Positions 8,340 through 18,905 of a stretch of DNA of 64,000 nucleotides are shown in pieces. Source of the DNA: Propionibacteriaceae bacterium (GTDB lineage Bacteria; Actinomycetota; Actinomycetes; Propionibacteriales; Propionibacteriaceae); contig JAISJP010000003.1 of the NCBI GenBank assembly GCA_031261455.1, positions 4,024 through 68,023 on the forward strand. Direction: 5' to 3'. Numbering within the stretch: position 1 is the stretch's first letter; the number at the start of each line of letters is the position of its first letter. A program made the translations under genes and the position numbers. The notes beneath the pieces were generated by a model. That model saw only the letters and a program-made list of their open reading frames with translations. It ran no database searches and was not told the DNA's origin.

Positions 8340-10214
8340 TTACCAGCTTCCGCCACCACCACCACCGAATCCGCCGCCACCACCGGAGAATGAGCCACCG
8401 CCCATGCCGGACGACGAACCCGAGGATGCGTAGCTCGACGAACTGGCGATCATGGATTGCATGCTTGATGTCATGGACACCAGACCTTCGCTGAAGTTGG
8501 ACATGCCACCGGATGAGAGGCCGTAGCCGTACGGCGAGTAGTACCAGTACGGGTTTGGCTGATAGCGACCCATGGCCTCCAGTTGCGCAAACACCTTGGT
8601 CCAGTGCTCCACCTCGTTAAACACGATAGCCCATGGCAGATAGGCAGAGTAGATGTCTTCGCCCTCTTCCCAGCGCAGTTGGTCAGCCTCAGCAGTGGAG
8701 ATGTACTCCTTGAAACCGCGCAGTTGGGCGTCAATTGCTGAACCAACAGCAGTGCGGTTTGTGATCGACATGCCTGAGATGAGCGCCGCCACCGACACAG
8801 CAACGATGACAATGCCGACGTAACTGACGCCCAGCAGCGCTCCGCCCAAGGCAGCCAACGCGCCCAGGCAGATGCCGCCGAATGCCAAGAACAGCCACGC
8901 TGCGCGCAATACGGTTGGGTTGCTGCGGAACCAGTGCCGCGTCGAGACAGCCTGCACGGCGATGTTCGTCTTGGCGTCCAAAAGCTGTTTAGCAGACGAC
9001 TGCGTGCTGGTGAGGGCCTTCAAACTGACCGGCCCACCACTGCGTCCACCCAGTAGACTCAACACGCCCACTTCATACGGGAATAGCCCCTGCACAGGCC
9101 GGTTTGTCGGCGCAATGGTCCAGTCCTTTGACTTGAACGCCCCGAACAGCCCGCCGGTCTCCTCCTCAGCGATGGTCACATAGCCTCGGACGGCCAAGTC
9201 CACAATGGTGGCCGACAGCTCCGTGCCCTTTGCCGTCGCCCCTCCACCGTTTAGCAAGACTGCCGCTTCACCAGGTCGTACCCCAGTTGGTGGCGTGAAG
9301 GCGACAGCAACCGTGTCAAGCTTGCCTCTCATGGTGGGACCGTCGCCACCCGCAGGGATGTTGCCTGGTGTCAGTCCAGCAAAGATATCGTCTCGTCCAA
9401 AGCGACGTTTTGCGGCCGTTAGCGATGCCACCCCGACGAGTGCCGCCACCGCACCGACCGAGACGTTCAGCACACTAGGACCAAACAGGGCAGCGAGAGT
9501 CAGGTGCTCGCCGTACTCCGGTTCAGCGCCCACAAAGGTGCCGACAGGGTAACCCGCGCCGATCTGCATGCCCTGTCCGGCCCGCAGCGTCGGCGCCTTG
9601 TAAGTAACAGTGGACCCGCTGGTCGTCGCCTCACACGGCGTGCTGAACGTAGAGCCATAGAAGCAAGCACCCTGACTGGTGACGGCAGCAGGACCACGCA
9701 GGGTAACGCTCGGGTTGACGATCCGAAGGTCGAAAGACTCACCGATAATGTTCCAGTTGAACTCGTCGAAACCGCTGGAGTGATTCGGCTGCACCAAGCC
9801 GAACACGGAGTACGTGATGACGTAGCTCTGCACATCGTAGTAGTAGCGGTTCTCGTTGCCGATCTGGTACGTGATGGTGTTGCTGTCGGTCTGCGTGTGG
9901 ACCTGCGTGCTGGCACCGGTGGGACTGGTCACGTTGAAGTTCTTGTACTCAATGATGCGGTAACGGTCTGTGCCCGGCTCGTCCATCTGTGTGATGAAGC
10001 TGAGTATTGGACCACGCCCACGCTGGGCGGTGAAGTCTAAATCTAGATATGAAGTGACGTCAGCCCAACCGTCGGCGCGCAGCGTCACGTCGAAGTCATA
10101 ACGCGAGTAGAAAGTGTTCGAGTCGGCATAAGCGGGCGACGACGTGCCCAACATCCCCGCCATCGCGCTGATAACCACCAGCAGACCAGCACCGAGCAAC
10201 CTGACAAACTTCAT
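8340..10214 (-). CDS. DUF2207 domain-containing membrane protein
   Basis: Signal peptide, DUF2207-like N-terminal beta-rich domain, several TM segments, C-terminal Gly-rich tail GGGGGFGGGGGGSW. Confidence 0.7.
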   Translation of the reverse strand: MKFVRLLGAGLLVVISAMAGMLGTSSPAYADSNTFYSRYDFDVTLRADGWADVTSYLDLDFTAQRGRGPILSFITQMDEPGTDRYRIIEYKNFNVTSPTGASTQVHTQTDSNTITYQIGNENRYYYDVQSYVITYSVFGLVQPNHSSGFDEFNWNIIGESFDLRIVNPSVTLRGPAAVTSQGACFYGSTFSTPCEATTSGSTVTYKAPTLRAGQGMQIGAGYPVGTFVGAEPEYGEHLTLAALFGPSVLNVSVGAVAALVGVASLTAAKRRFGRDDIFAGLTPGNIPAGGDGPTMRGKLDTVAVAFTPPTGVRPGEAAVLLNGGGATAKGTELSATIVDLAVRGYVTIAEEETGGLFGAFKSKDWTIAPTNRPVQGLFPYEVGVLSLLGGRSGGPVSLKALTSTQSSAKQLLDAKTNIAVQAVSTRHWFRSNPTVLRAAWLFLAFGGICLGALAALGGALLGVSYVGIVIVAVSVAALISGMSITNRTAVGSAIDAQLRGFKEYISTAEADQLRWEEGEDIYSAYLPWAIVFNEVEHWTKVFAQLEAMGRYQPNPYWYYSPYGYGLSSGGMSNFSEGLVSMTSSMQSMIASSSSYASSGSSSGMGGGSFSGGGGGFGGGGGGSW

Positions 10215-10492
10215 ACCTCTAGCCTATCTGCCGAGGGGTTTACTCAGGTCTTTTCGTGACGGTCCCAGCCTGTCAGCCCACCACCAGCATGCAGCTCTTG
10301 GGGTTTGCGGTGAGCAAGTCTGTGGCGGCGGCCCACTGACAGCGAAATCTGTTTGACGCGGTGTCTTAGGTCTTGCGGAGGACTATGGGACGAATCCGCA
10401 GATGGTGTGTCCTCCCGTCGCGGCTGTTTCCATTGCTCATGTTCCCGGCTAATACCCACGAGCGATAACCCAAACCACTATGCTGTTGAGTC

Positions 10493-11101
10493 GTGAAGCC
10501 GATCATCTTGCTCGCGGGGCCATCCGGCTCCGGCAAGACCCGTTTGGGGCGTCACTCGGGTGCGTTCATTCTGCGACTGGACGACTTCTACCTAGACGAG
10601 GACTCCCCCGACATGCCACGCGCTCCCGGCGGATTCATCGACTGGGACAATCCGCTCACGTGGGACGCGGAAGCCGCTGTCCGCGCCCTTGCATCCTTGG
10701 CCGTGAGCGGCACGGCAACCGCACCCGCCTATGACATCTCGACGTCGCAGCGCGTCGGCACCCGAGACTTGGACGCCCGCGACGCGCGACTCATCGTCGC
10801 CGAGGGCATCTTCGCCACCGAGCTGCTCGCCCTCTGCCTGCGCGAACGCCTAGACGCGCGTGGCATCTGGGTGGACCGTCACCGCGCAGGCAACTGGTGG
10901 CGTCGTCTCAACCGCGACCTCCACGACCATCGCAAGCCCGTGCCAATGTTGTTACGTCGCGGTGCTCAACTGTTCCAAGCCGAACCCGCCCTGCGCCGCG
11001 CCGCCATTGCGAAGGGTTTCTCGCCACTGAGCTACGCTGCCACGCAAGCTGCTCTCAGCACAGCCAAGCAAGACGGTCCGCTTATCATCGCAAACACATA
11101 G
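10493..11101 (+). CDS. uridine-kinase-like P-loop NTPase
   Basis: GTG start. Walker [12 protein letters not shown]. 202 aa. Confidence 0.55.
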   Translation: MKPIILLAGPSGSGKTRLGRHSGAFILRLDDFYLDEDSPDMPRAPGGFIDWDNPLTWDAEAAVRALASLAVSGTATAPAYDISTSQRVGTRDLDARDARLIVAEGIFATELLALCLRERLDARGIWVDRHRAGNWWRRLNRDLHDHRKPVPMLLRRGAQLFQAEPALRRAAIAKGFSPLSYAATQAALSTAKQDGPLIIANT

Positions 11102-11226
11102 TTTGCGATTATCGCCCCTCTACTACGAAAGTATTGCCGATACGAGGGCATTCTGGTCTGCATTCTTCATACCAAAAGTGCCGCATTCTTCATATTTGCG
11201 AGCAAATTCATCGCTTCGCCCTGCCC

Positions 11227-13017
11227 CTACTGGATGGGTGCCCACTCGGGGCCGGTTTCGGCCAGCTCGTCGGGGAGCTTGGGGAACAGGGGGATGGGCT
11301 TGTCTAGGGGGGTGCCGGGGGTGACCGGGCGGGATTCCCAAACGGCCTTAGCGGTCTTGTAATCGCCCGTCAGGACCGGGTAGTCCGGTTGGTTGTCGCC
11401 CTCGTTGACGTAGCGAATCTCGGGTTGAGCGGCCCAGATGCCTTCGCCGCCTAGCATCTCATAGACCTTCTGGCAGGAGTGGGGCAGGAACGGGGTCAAC
11501 AGGGTGTTGACATCCGAGACCACCTGCAGCGTCACGAACAGGATGGTGTCGCGTCGTAGCGGGTCATCCTTGAGTTTCCACGGCTCGGTAGCGGAGAGGT
11601 ACTGGTTGGCCAGGCCGACGACGCGCATCGCCTCGCTGATGGCGTTCTTCAGTTTGCAGGCACCCAGCAGGTCACCCACCGTCTTGAAACCGAGCGCACT
11701 GGCCTCCAGCAGTTCGGTGTCGATGGGTTGCAGTTCACCGGGGGCGGGAACCGCACCGTGCGCCTTGTTGGCCATCGAGATGGAGCGGTTGACCAGGTTG
11801 CCCCACTCGTTTGCCAGCTCGTTGTTGTTGCGCCGGATGAACTCGTCCCAGGTGAAGTCGGTGTCCTGATTTTCCGGACCGGCGACGGCGATGTAGTAGC
11901 GCAGTGCGTCGGGGCCGAACTCGCGCAGGAAGTCGCCGACGAAGATGCTCGCACCGCGCGACGACGCCACCTTGGAGCCCTTCATCGTCAGGAACTCACT
12001 CGACACGATCTCGGTGGGCAGGTCAAGCACGCCAAAGTCGAGCGATGGGGTGCCGCCGAGCGAAGCGGCGCCGTTGGTGCCGAGCAGCATCGCGGGCCAG
12101 ATGACGGTGTGGAAGACGATGTTGTCCTTGCCCATGAAGTAGCGGCTGGCAGCGTTGTCGCCCGTCCACCATTCGCGCCAAGCCTCCGGGCGGCCGACGC
12201 GACGCGCCCATTCGATGCTGGCGGACAGGTAGCCGATCACGGCGTCGAACCACACGTAGATGCGCTTCATCGGCTCGTCGCGCCAGCCGTCCAGCGGGAT
12301 GGGGACGCCCCAGTCGAGGTCGCGGGTGATGGCGCGGGGCTTCAGCTCTTTCACAAAGTTGTGGCTGAACTTCAACACGTTTGGACGCCAGTCCACGCGG
12401 GAGTCGAGCCACGCAGTGAGCTGGTCCTTGAACGCGGGCAGGTCGAGGAAGAAGTGGGTGGTCTCCACAAACTCCGGCACCTCGCCGTCGATGCGCGAAT
12501 GGGGGTTGATTAGGTCAATCGGGTCCAACTGGTTGCCGCACTCGTCACACTGATCGCCGCGGGCACCGTCGTAACCACAGATGGGACAGGTGCCCTCAAT
12601 GTAGCGGTCGGCCAGCGTGCGACCGGTGGACGGCGAGATGGCACCGAGCAACGTCTGCTCAATGATGTAGCCGTTGCGATACAGGCTGGAGAACACCTCC
12701 TGTGTCACCCGCTCGTGGTTTTGCGTGGTGGTGCGCGTGTACAGGTCGTACGTCAGCCCTAGGCCCTGCAGGTCGTCCACAATGATGCCGTGATACTTGT
12801 CGGCGGTCCCTTGCGGGGTGAGACCCTCAGAGTCGGCCTTCACTTGGATGGCGGTGCCGTGCTCGTCGGTGCCGGAGACGAACAACACGTCATGCCCACA
12901 CATGCGCATGTACCGCGCGAAGACGTCCGAGGGCACCCCGAATCCGGAGACGTGCCCGATGTGACGCGGCCCGTTAGCGTAGGGCCAAGCTGCGGTTGTC
13001 AGAATGTGTGCACACAT
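11227..13017 (-). CDS. metG: methionine--tRNA ligase
   Basis: ORF 11227..13188, likely start ATG 13017 ([26 protein letters not shown] motif). Zn knuckle [18 protein letters not shown]. Confidence 0.9.
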   Translation of the reverse strand: MCAHILTTAAWPYANGPRHIGHVSGFGVPSDVFARYMRMCGHDVLFVSGTDEHGTAIQVKADSEGLTPQGTADKYHGIIVDDLQGLGLTYDLYTRTTTQNHERVTQEVFSSLYRNGYIIEQTLLGAISPSTGRTLADRYIEGTCPICGYDGARGDQCDECGNQLDPIDLINPHSRIDGEVPEFVETTHFFLDLPAFKDQLTAWLDSRVDWRPNVLKFSHNFVKELKPRAITRDLDWGVPIPLDGWRDEPMKRIYVWFDAVIGYLSASIEWARRVGRPEAWREWWTGDNAASRYFMGKDNIVFHTVIWPAMLLGTNGAASLGGTPSLDFGVLDLPTEIVSSEFLTMKGSKVASSRGASIFVGDFLREFGPDALRYYIAVAGPENQDTDFTWDEFIRRNNNELANEWGNLVNRSISMANKAHGAVPAPGELQPIDTELLEASALGFKTVGDLLGACKLKNAISEAMRVVGLANQYLSATEPWKLKDDPLRRDTILFVTLQVVSDVNTLLTPFLPHSCQKVYEMLGGEGIWAAQPEIRYVNEGDNQPDYPVLTGDYKTAKAVWESRPVTPGTPLDKPIPLFPKLPDELAETGPEWAPIQ

Positions 13018-13609
13018 GATGCTTAGTTTATCGGGCAGAATAGAGCGTGTGATAACTGCTGCCGCCGATGGCTCTTCCCTGTCCAACCCTGGCCCCGCCG
13101 GATGGGCGTGGTATGTGGACGACGAGCACTGGGCATCGGGCGGTTGGAGCACCGGCACCAACAACATGGGCGAGCTGATGGCGGTCATCGATCTGCTGCG
13201 CCAAACCGCCCGGATGCCCGGCGACGAGGGCGGGCTGCTGATCTTTTGTGACAGTCAATACGTGATCAACATCGCCACCGTCTGGATGGCTGGCTGGAAG
13301 CGTCGCGGCTGGCGCAAGAACGACAACAAGCCGATCCTCAACCTCGACCTAGTGCAGCAGCTTGACGCCGCCCTAAGTGGGCGTAAGGTGCGGTTCGAGT
13401 GGGTGAAAGGCCACGCCGGTCACCCCCTAAACGAGGAGGCCGACACCCGGGCGCGCGCCGCCGCTACCGCATTTCGTGACGGCTATGCCTACGAGCCCGG
13501 GCCTGGGTTTGGGTTCTCTGTTGCGCCAGGCTGTAGCGACGATGCCATCGCTTCGGCCAGCATTCGGCCGACTCTGGCCCTAGCCGCGGAGCAACCGCCG
13601 CTATTCTGA
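13004..13609 (+). CDS. rnhA: ribonuclease HI
   Basis: [21 protein letters not shown]...[13 protein letters not shown]...[15 protein letters not shown]. Start uncertain (ATG 13004 overlaps the metG start; GTG 13049 is an alternative). Confidence 0.8.
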   Translation: MCAHMMLSLSGRIERVITAAADGSSLSNPGPAGWAWYVDDEHWASGGWSTGTNNMGELMAVIDLLRQTARMPGDEGGLLIFCDSQYVINIATVWMAGWKRRGWRKNDNKPILNLDLVQQLDAALSGRKVRFEWVKGHAGHPLNEEADTRARAAATAFRDGYAYEPGPGFGFSVAPGCSDDAIASASIRPTLALAAEQPPLF

Positions 13610-13657
13610 CGGCAAGGACCGCGCGCGCGACGAGTGCCGTCCTTCTGACCGTCCTAG

Positions 13658-13713
13658 GCGCGTTTGCGTACGATTTTCTACTGACTACGGTAGAAAATCG
13701 TACGCAAACGCGC
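13658..13713. terminator. perfect 24-bp-stem hairpin between convergent rnhA and cdd (candidate bidirectional terminator)
   Basis: gcgcgtttgcgtacgattttctac (13658..13681) / 8-nt loop / gtagaaaatcgtacgcaaacgcgc (13690..13713). No obvious U-tract on either side. Confidence 0.5.
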
Positions 13714-13800
13714 GCAGGCTTACCTGTTTGGCGCCGAAATCGCGCCAAACAGAGGCGGTGCGGCGTGCCGGTGGGGGCAGGGGCGCCGGGTCAGCTCGAG

Positions 13801-14190
13801 TCACGCCAAGTTGTCGGGACCGAACGCCTGCGGGAGCAGTGCGGACAGGGGCAGGATGCCCGAGGGGGTGTCTAGCAGTAGGTCGGGGCCGCCGTGCTCC
13901 CACAACAGTTGGCGACAGCGGCCACAGGGGGTGATTACGGCCCCGGCAGCGTCGCAGCAGGTGAAGGCTAGTAGGCGGCCACCACCACCGGCCACCAGGG
14001 ACGAGATCACGCCACATTCGGCACACAGCACCACCCCGTAGGCGGCATTCTCGACGTTGCAGCCCGTCACCACACGGCCGTCGTCTGCTAGGGCGGCGGC
14101 GCCGACCGGGTAGTGGGAGTACGGAACATAGGCCCGCGCAGAAACGTCGAGCGCGGATACCCGCAGCGAGGGCCAGTTGAACTCCGTCAT
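13801..14190 (-). CDS. cdd: cytidine deaminase
   Basis: CAECGVI and PCGRCRQLL zinc-ligand motifs. 129 aa. Confidence 0.9.
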   Translation of the reverse strand: MTEFNWPSLRVSALDVSARAYVPYSHYPVGAAALADDGRVVTGCNVENAAYGVVLCAECGVISSLVAGGGGRLLAFTCCDAAGAVITPCGRCRQLLWEHGGPDLLLDTPSGILPLSALLPQAFGPDNLA

Positions 14191-14395
14191 TTGTCTGCCT
14201 TTCTTTCATTCCCAAAGTCGGCGCAGTTGGGTCGAACCCGACTGCCAAGCGGTGCCCTCACTCTGCCACGGCACTCAGAGTTGCCCCCCAAGCAGGCAAC
14301 CCCCTTGCCCGTCTTGCCACGGGGCACAACCGCAGTGTCACGCCCTGCGACGGCACACCATGGCGACACAGCAAGGCCCAGCCAACTCGCACCAA

Positions 14396-15868
14396 CTACT
14401 TCACGTAGTTGGTGCCGTCCGCAGCGGGTGCCACCACCCGCCCGACCAGGCCAGCGACCGCCACCACTGTTGCCACGTAGGGCAACATCGAAAGGAACGC
14501 ACCGTCCAGGCCCGTGTTGAGAGACTGCATCTGGATCGTCAACTGGCTCACGAAACCGAAGAACAGGGCCATCAGCAGGCTGAGTCCGGGGCGCCAACGG
14601 CCCATGATGAATGTGGCGATGGCAACGAAGCCTAGGCCGGACGAGATGTCGCGCACGAACTGACCGGTGGCCATCACGATGAAGTACGAGCCGCCAAGGC
14701 CAGCAAACAGGCCACCGACAAGCACTGCCTGCCAGCGGGTGGCGCGCACGTTGATGCCGACGGTCTCGGCAGCTTCGGGATGCTCGCCGACCGAGCGCAC
14801 CCGCAGGCCCCACTTGGTGCGAAACAGCAGGAACCACACCAGCACCACGCATCCGAAGGCGATGTACGTCAGCGGCTTCTGCTGGAACAGGATGGGGCCG
14901 ATGAACGGAATCTCGCTCAAACCCGGCACGCTGATTCGCGACATGGTGGGCACGAAGTTGTAGGTCTCGCGGTCAGAGTTGACGAACTGCTGATACAGAT
15001 AGCCGGTGAGGCCAGTGGCGAACAAGTTCATCACCACACCCATGACCACCTGGTCAACCAGGTACTTCACAGTGAACAACGCCAGCAGTGCGGCCATCAA
15101 CAGCCCCATCACCATAGACGCCGCCATGGCAGCAGAGATCGCCCACGGTGCGGCGTCAGCCATACACTCCGAGGCGGCCATGGCGTCGGCCATGAGTTTG
15201 CACGGCGCTTGAATAGCGTTCTTAACCATCGTGCCCACCAAGGCCGCGGCAAATGCACCAGAGAGGAACTGCGCCTCCACGGCCACATTCACCACGCCGC
15301 TTCGCTCGCCGATCAGACCGCCAAGCGCGCCAAAGATCAGCGGCACGGCTAGAGCCAGCGACCCGTTGAGTTGCGCGGTGATGTAGAACGGGAAGGCACG
15401 GTCTCCGGCTGCCCACGACAGGAACCCGACCAGCAGCGCCAGTCCGGCAAGCACGTTGAGTGCAACTCTCACCTTGGGTGGTGCCTTGAGGAACAGCCCC
15501 GCCGCAGCAATAATGCAGATCACGGCACACACGATGACAGTGGGGACGGCTGGAACGCTGAACCGCGGCAACACCACGGAGTCGGACTCGTCCGACAGCG
15601 CAAACACGGCCGTGCCCCTGGCCTTGGTGGCCATGAAAAACAGCAGCGCGGACACGAGCAGCATCAGCGTGGCAACGCTCAAGCGGTGCGAACGGTCCTC
15701 AGCGGACTCCGCATGCTCCAGCGACGCACTGACAGACTCCACAGCCGCAGCAGCGGCAGCGGACGCCTCAACCTCGGAGCCAGCAGCCTCTACAGGGCCA
15801 CTCACGGGCAGCAACTCGTCAACAACATCTGTGGACTTTGGAAACTTGCCATCAATGATCGGACTCAT
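14396..15868 (-). CDS. ABC transporter permease (BMP/nucleoside-type importer, second permease) with ~90-aa acidic N-terminal extension
   Basis: Polytopic membrane protein. 4-nt overlap with the upstream permease. Operon context with BMP lipoprotein and double-ABC ATPase. Confidence 0.85.
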   Translation of the reverse strand: MSPIIDGKFPKSTDVVDELLPVSGPVEAAGSEVEASAAAAAAVESVSASLEHAESAEDRSHRLSVATLMLLVSALLFFMATKARGTAVFALSDESDSVVLPRFSVPAVPTVIVCAVICIIAAAGLFLKAPPKVRVALNVLAGLALLVGFLSWAAGDRAFPFYITAQLNGSLALAVPLIFGALGGLIGERSGVVNVAVEAQFLSGAFAAALVGTMVKNAIQAPCKLMADAMAASECMADAAPWAISAAMAASMVMGLLMAALLALFTVKYLVDQVVMGVVMNLFATGLTGYLYQQFVNSDRETYNFVPTMSRISVPGLSEIPFIGPILFQQKPLTYIAFGCVVLVWFLLFRTKWGLRVRSVGEHPEAAETVGINVRATRWQAVLVGGLFAGLGGSYFIVMATGQFVRDISSGLGFVAIATFIMGRWRPGLSLLMALFFGFVSQLTIQMQSLNTGLDGAFLSMLPYVATVVAVAGLVGRVVAPAADGTNYVK

Positions 15869-17091
15869 GCCGGCACCACCTCAACGCTCGAATCCGCGAC
15901 TCCGGAAGCAACCGAGCCCACCGCAACAGCAGGTTCGTCCTCTTTTCGTGTCCGTTTAGCCCGGTTGAGGAACATCAACGTGCGCACCAGCGCCGGGGCG
16001 GCCACAAACATCACGATGAACGCCTGAATAACGCTGGCCAGCTCGCCGGGCGTTTGGGCCGCACCCTGCATGCGCAGCGATCCAGCCTTCAGGGCACCGA
16101 ACAGCAGCCCTGCCATGACGGTACCCAACGGCTTTGAGCGGCCCAGCAGTGCCACCGTGATCGCGTCAAAACCCACAGAACCGACGATGAAGCGAGACAG
16201 TGGGTCGGTCTGGCCAAAGGCGTTGGGCCCAAGCACCGTCATTGCCCCAGCAAGGCCGCAGAGCGAGCCACCAATCACCATCACTAGGGTAAGCGTGAGC
16301 GGAACGTTCATGCCAGCAGTCGCGGCCGCAGAAGGATTACCACCAACCGCGCGGATCGCGAACCCGAGCTTGGTGTGATCCAGCAGCCACCAGATTAGTA
16401 GCGCCGCGATGATTACGATGACAAGTCCCAAGTGATACCGGGTGCCAGAGATGAACGGCAGCGCCGCCGTGGTGTCGATATTTGGAGCCACCGGATTGGG
16501 ACGATCCGGACGCTTCAGATGGTTCATCAACAGGTAATACACCAAGCCAGACGCCACATAGTTGAGCATGATCGTGACGATCACCTCATTGGCACCCAGT
16601 CGCGCGCGCAAGATGCCCGCGAGGGCACCCCAAGCGGCACCACCAGCAAGACCAGCGGCCACCGCCAGCGGCAAGTGAACGATGGCCGGCGCATGCACCG
16701 TGAAACCAACAAACGCGGCTGCCGTAGCGCCCCAGATCGCCTGGCCTTGGCCACCAATGTTGAACAACCCCACGCGGAAGCTGATAGCTACACCAAGACC
16801 GGCCGCGATCAACGGCACTGCCTGTGCAGTGGTGACCCCGAAGTCTCTAAATGACCCGAATGCGCCCGACAGCAGCGCCTTGTAAGCCTTGCCCACGATG
16901 TCGACGGCAGAGTCGAAGTCGACCACCTCAGGGTTTGCTAGCACGATGAGCACCGCACCCAGCACGAACGCAAAGACGAACGCCATCACCATGTCGCGCA
17001 TCTCGCGGGCAAAACCAACGCTCACATATTCACGCTTGAAGATCGCACCAATAGACTCGCCCTTGGGAGAGACAGGTTGTTGTTCACTCAT
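15865..17091 (-). CDS. ABC transporter permease (BMP/nucleoside-type importer, first permease)
   Basis: Polytopic membrane protein, 408 aa, operon context. Confidence 0.85.
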   Translation of the reverse strand: MSEQQPVSPKGESIGAIFKREYVSVGFAREMRDMVMAFVFAFVLGAVLIVLANPEVVDFDSAVDIVGKAYKALLSGAFGSFRDFGVTTAQAVPLIAAGLGVAISFRVGLFNIGGQGQAIWGATAAAFVGFTVHAPAIVHLPLAVAAGLAGGAAWGALAGILRARLGANEVIVTIMLNYVASGLVYYLLMNHLKRPDRPNPVAPNIDTTAALPFISGTRYHLGLVIVIIAALLIWWLLDHTKLGFAIRAVGGNPSAAATAGMNVPLTLTLVMVIGGSLCGLAGAMTVLGPNAFGQTDPLSRFIVGSVGFDAITVALLGRSKPLGTVMAGLLFGALKAGSLRMQGAAQTPGELASVIQAFIVMFVAAPALVRTLMFLNRAKRTRKEDEPAVAVGSVASGVADSSVEVVPA

Positions 17092-17094
17092 GAC

Positions 17095-18708
17095 TTACGC
17101 CTCCTGTCCCTCGTCTATAGCCGCTACGTTGGCCGCCGCTGGACGCACACCGCAACTGACCTGCGCGTCCTCGTAGGTCATGCCAGCCATCATTAGGCCG
17201 ATCACGTCTCGCCCGGTGTCAGGGGGGACGATGCCAACCACTTGGCCGCGATACATCACGGCGATCCGGTCAGCTAGGTTTTCTACCTCGTCCAACTCGG
17301 TGCTGATGATGAGTACCGCAGTGCCCTTGTCCCGCTCGGCGACTATTCGATTGTGCAGAAACTCGATGGCGCCAACGTCAACACCGCGAGTCGGCTGGCT
17401 TGCCAACAGCAGTTTTAGGGGACGGGACAACTCGCGAGCCAGCACCAGTTTCTGCTGATTACCGCCCGAGAGACTTGACCCGGGCAGGGCCGTCGACGGG
17501 GTGCGGATGTCGAACTCCTCGGTCAGGGCGTCAGCCTTGCCGACCACCCCCCGCAAGTCGATGCGACCAAACTTGGCGTAGTCGTCAATCCGGTCCAGCA
17601 CCAGATTCTCGGCGATCGTGAAGGACGTCACCATGCCGTCCCGCTGCCGGTCCTCAGGCACGTAGCCGATGCCCGCATAGATGGAGTCGTGCGGGTTGTT
17701 CTTGGTGATGTCCTTGCCATCCAACTCGATCTTGCCGCTAAGTATCGGGATCAGCCCCAACAGTGAGGACGCCAACTCGGTCTGGCCATTGCCTTGCACG
17801 CCCGCGACGCACACGATTTCGCCCGCCGCGACATCGAAACTGACATCATTGACCACCACCGCGCCGGATGGATCGGATACGCGCAGATTCTTCACACTCA
17901 GCACGGTGGCCCCAGGCGTAGCCACATCCTTGGCCACCGTGAGGCTGACGGAACGACCCACCATCATCTCGGCCAGTTGGGCCTCGGACATGCCCGGTTC
18001 GGCTTTGCCCACCACCTTGCCGCGGCGGATCACAGTGATATCGTCGGCAACCTCGCGCACCTCGTGCAGTTTGTGGGTGATGAACACAATCGCGTGACCC
18101 TCGTCACGCAGGGCACGCATGATGCCCATCAACTCGTCGGTCTCCTGCGGGGTGAGCACCGCGGTGGGTTCGTCAAAGATCAGATACTTGGCGTCGTTGG
18201 TGAGGGCCTTCAGAATCTCGACGCGCTGTTGCACGCCCACTGGCAGGTCACCCACGACCGCATCCGGGTTGACCTCAAGGTGGTAGCGCTCAGACAGGAC
18301 ACGCACCGACTTGCGGGCGGATGCCATGTCGAGGTAGCCAAACTTGCCCGGTTCGCGGCCCAGCACAATGTTCTCGGCCACTGTAAACACGTTGATCAGC
18401 ATGAAGTGCTGGTGCACCATGCCGATGCCAGCATCAATTGCGTCACGCGAGTCGCGGAAGTGCTGCACCTCACCGTCGATGCTGACCGTGCCTTCGTCGG
18501 CAGGCAGCAGCCCGTAGAGCACGTTCATTAGCGTGGACTTGCCCGCGCCGTTTTCACCCAGCAGGCAGTGAATGCGCCCTGGAATGATGTCAAGGTCAAT
18601 GGAGTCGTTAGCTACGAGGGAGCCGAAACGCTTCGTCATCCCTCGCAGCGTCAGTCCGCCGACACCTTCCGGCGCCACTGCCGGGGACTCAAGTAAATCT
18701 GATGCCAC
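17095..18708 (-). CDS. ABC transporter ATP-binding protein with two fused ABC domains
   Basis: GENGAGKST Walker A, LSGGNQQK signature, second domain with GVQGNGQTEL. 537 aa. Confidence 0.9.
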   Translation of the reverse strand: MASDLLESPAVAPEGVGGLTLRGMTKRFGSLVANDSIDLDIIPGRIHCLLGENGAGKSTLMNVLYGLLPADEGTVSIDGEVQHFRDSRDAIDAGIGMVHQHFMLINVFTVAENIVLGREPGKFGYLDMASARKSVRVLSERYHLEVNPDAVVGDLPVGVQQRVEILKALTNDAKYLIFDEPTAVLTPQETDELMGIMRALRDEGHAIVFITHKLHEVREVADDITVIRRGKVVGKAEPGMSEAQLAEMMVGRSVSLTVAKDVATPGATVLSVKNLRVSDPSGAVVVNDVSFDVAAGEIVCVAGVQGNGQTELASSLLGLIPILSGKIELDGKDITKNNPHDSIYAGIGYVPEDRQRDGMVTSFTIAENLVLDRIDDYAKFGRIDLRGVVGKADALTEEFDIRTPSTALPGSSLSGGNQQKLVLARELSRPLKLLLASQPTRGVDVGAIEFLHNRIVAERDKGTAVLIISTELDEVENLADRIAVMYRGQVVGIVPPDTGRDVIGLMMAGMTYEDAQVSCGVRPAAANVAAIDEGQEA

Positions 18709-18821
18709 ACGCTTAGTCTTCCACCTGTCAGCGATTTCCGCACGTCAACATGACAAATAGGTCACAAGGTGGCGGCCAACCTACGCGGCCACGAGGCACC
18801 AGCAGCAGGGCAGAAAACCAA

Positions 18822-18857
18822 AGTGGGGAGACCCCGGTTGCCCGGAACCTCCCCACT
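18822..18857 (-). terminator. stem-loop plus U-rich tract after the binding-protein gene (candidate partial terminator/attenuator)
   Basis: Minus strand reads AGTGGGGAG-loop-CTCCCCACT followed by TTGGTTTTCTG. Located between the BMP gene stop (18906) and the ATPase start (18708). Confidence 0.45.
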
Positions 18858-18905
18858 CTAGTTTGGGGCTTTGCTCTACCTAGCTAGAGGCGAGCATCGT
18901 TTGGC

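Noticed and set aside
8340-8420. Gly-codon runs at the 3' end of the DUF2207 gene, considered as a simple-sequence contingency locus.
   Set aside because: The codons are mixed (ggt/gga/ggc, interspersed with other codons) and do not form a perfect nucleotide repeat. A Gly-rich tail is a normal feature of this family.
11728-12513. Long ORFs antisense to, or out of frame within, real genes. Examples: 11728..12513, 17794..18531, 5640..6302, 22062..22715, 22923..23510, 31570..32436, 51763..52542, 55591..56472, 47732..48460, 4707..5387.
   Set aside because: These are typical high-GC shadow ORFs. Their translations are Arg/Gly/His/Pro-rich low-complexity sequence with no family resemblance. Each lies entirely within a confidently identified gene on the other strand or in another frame.
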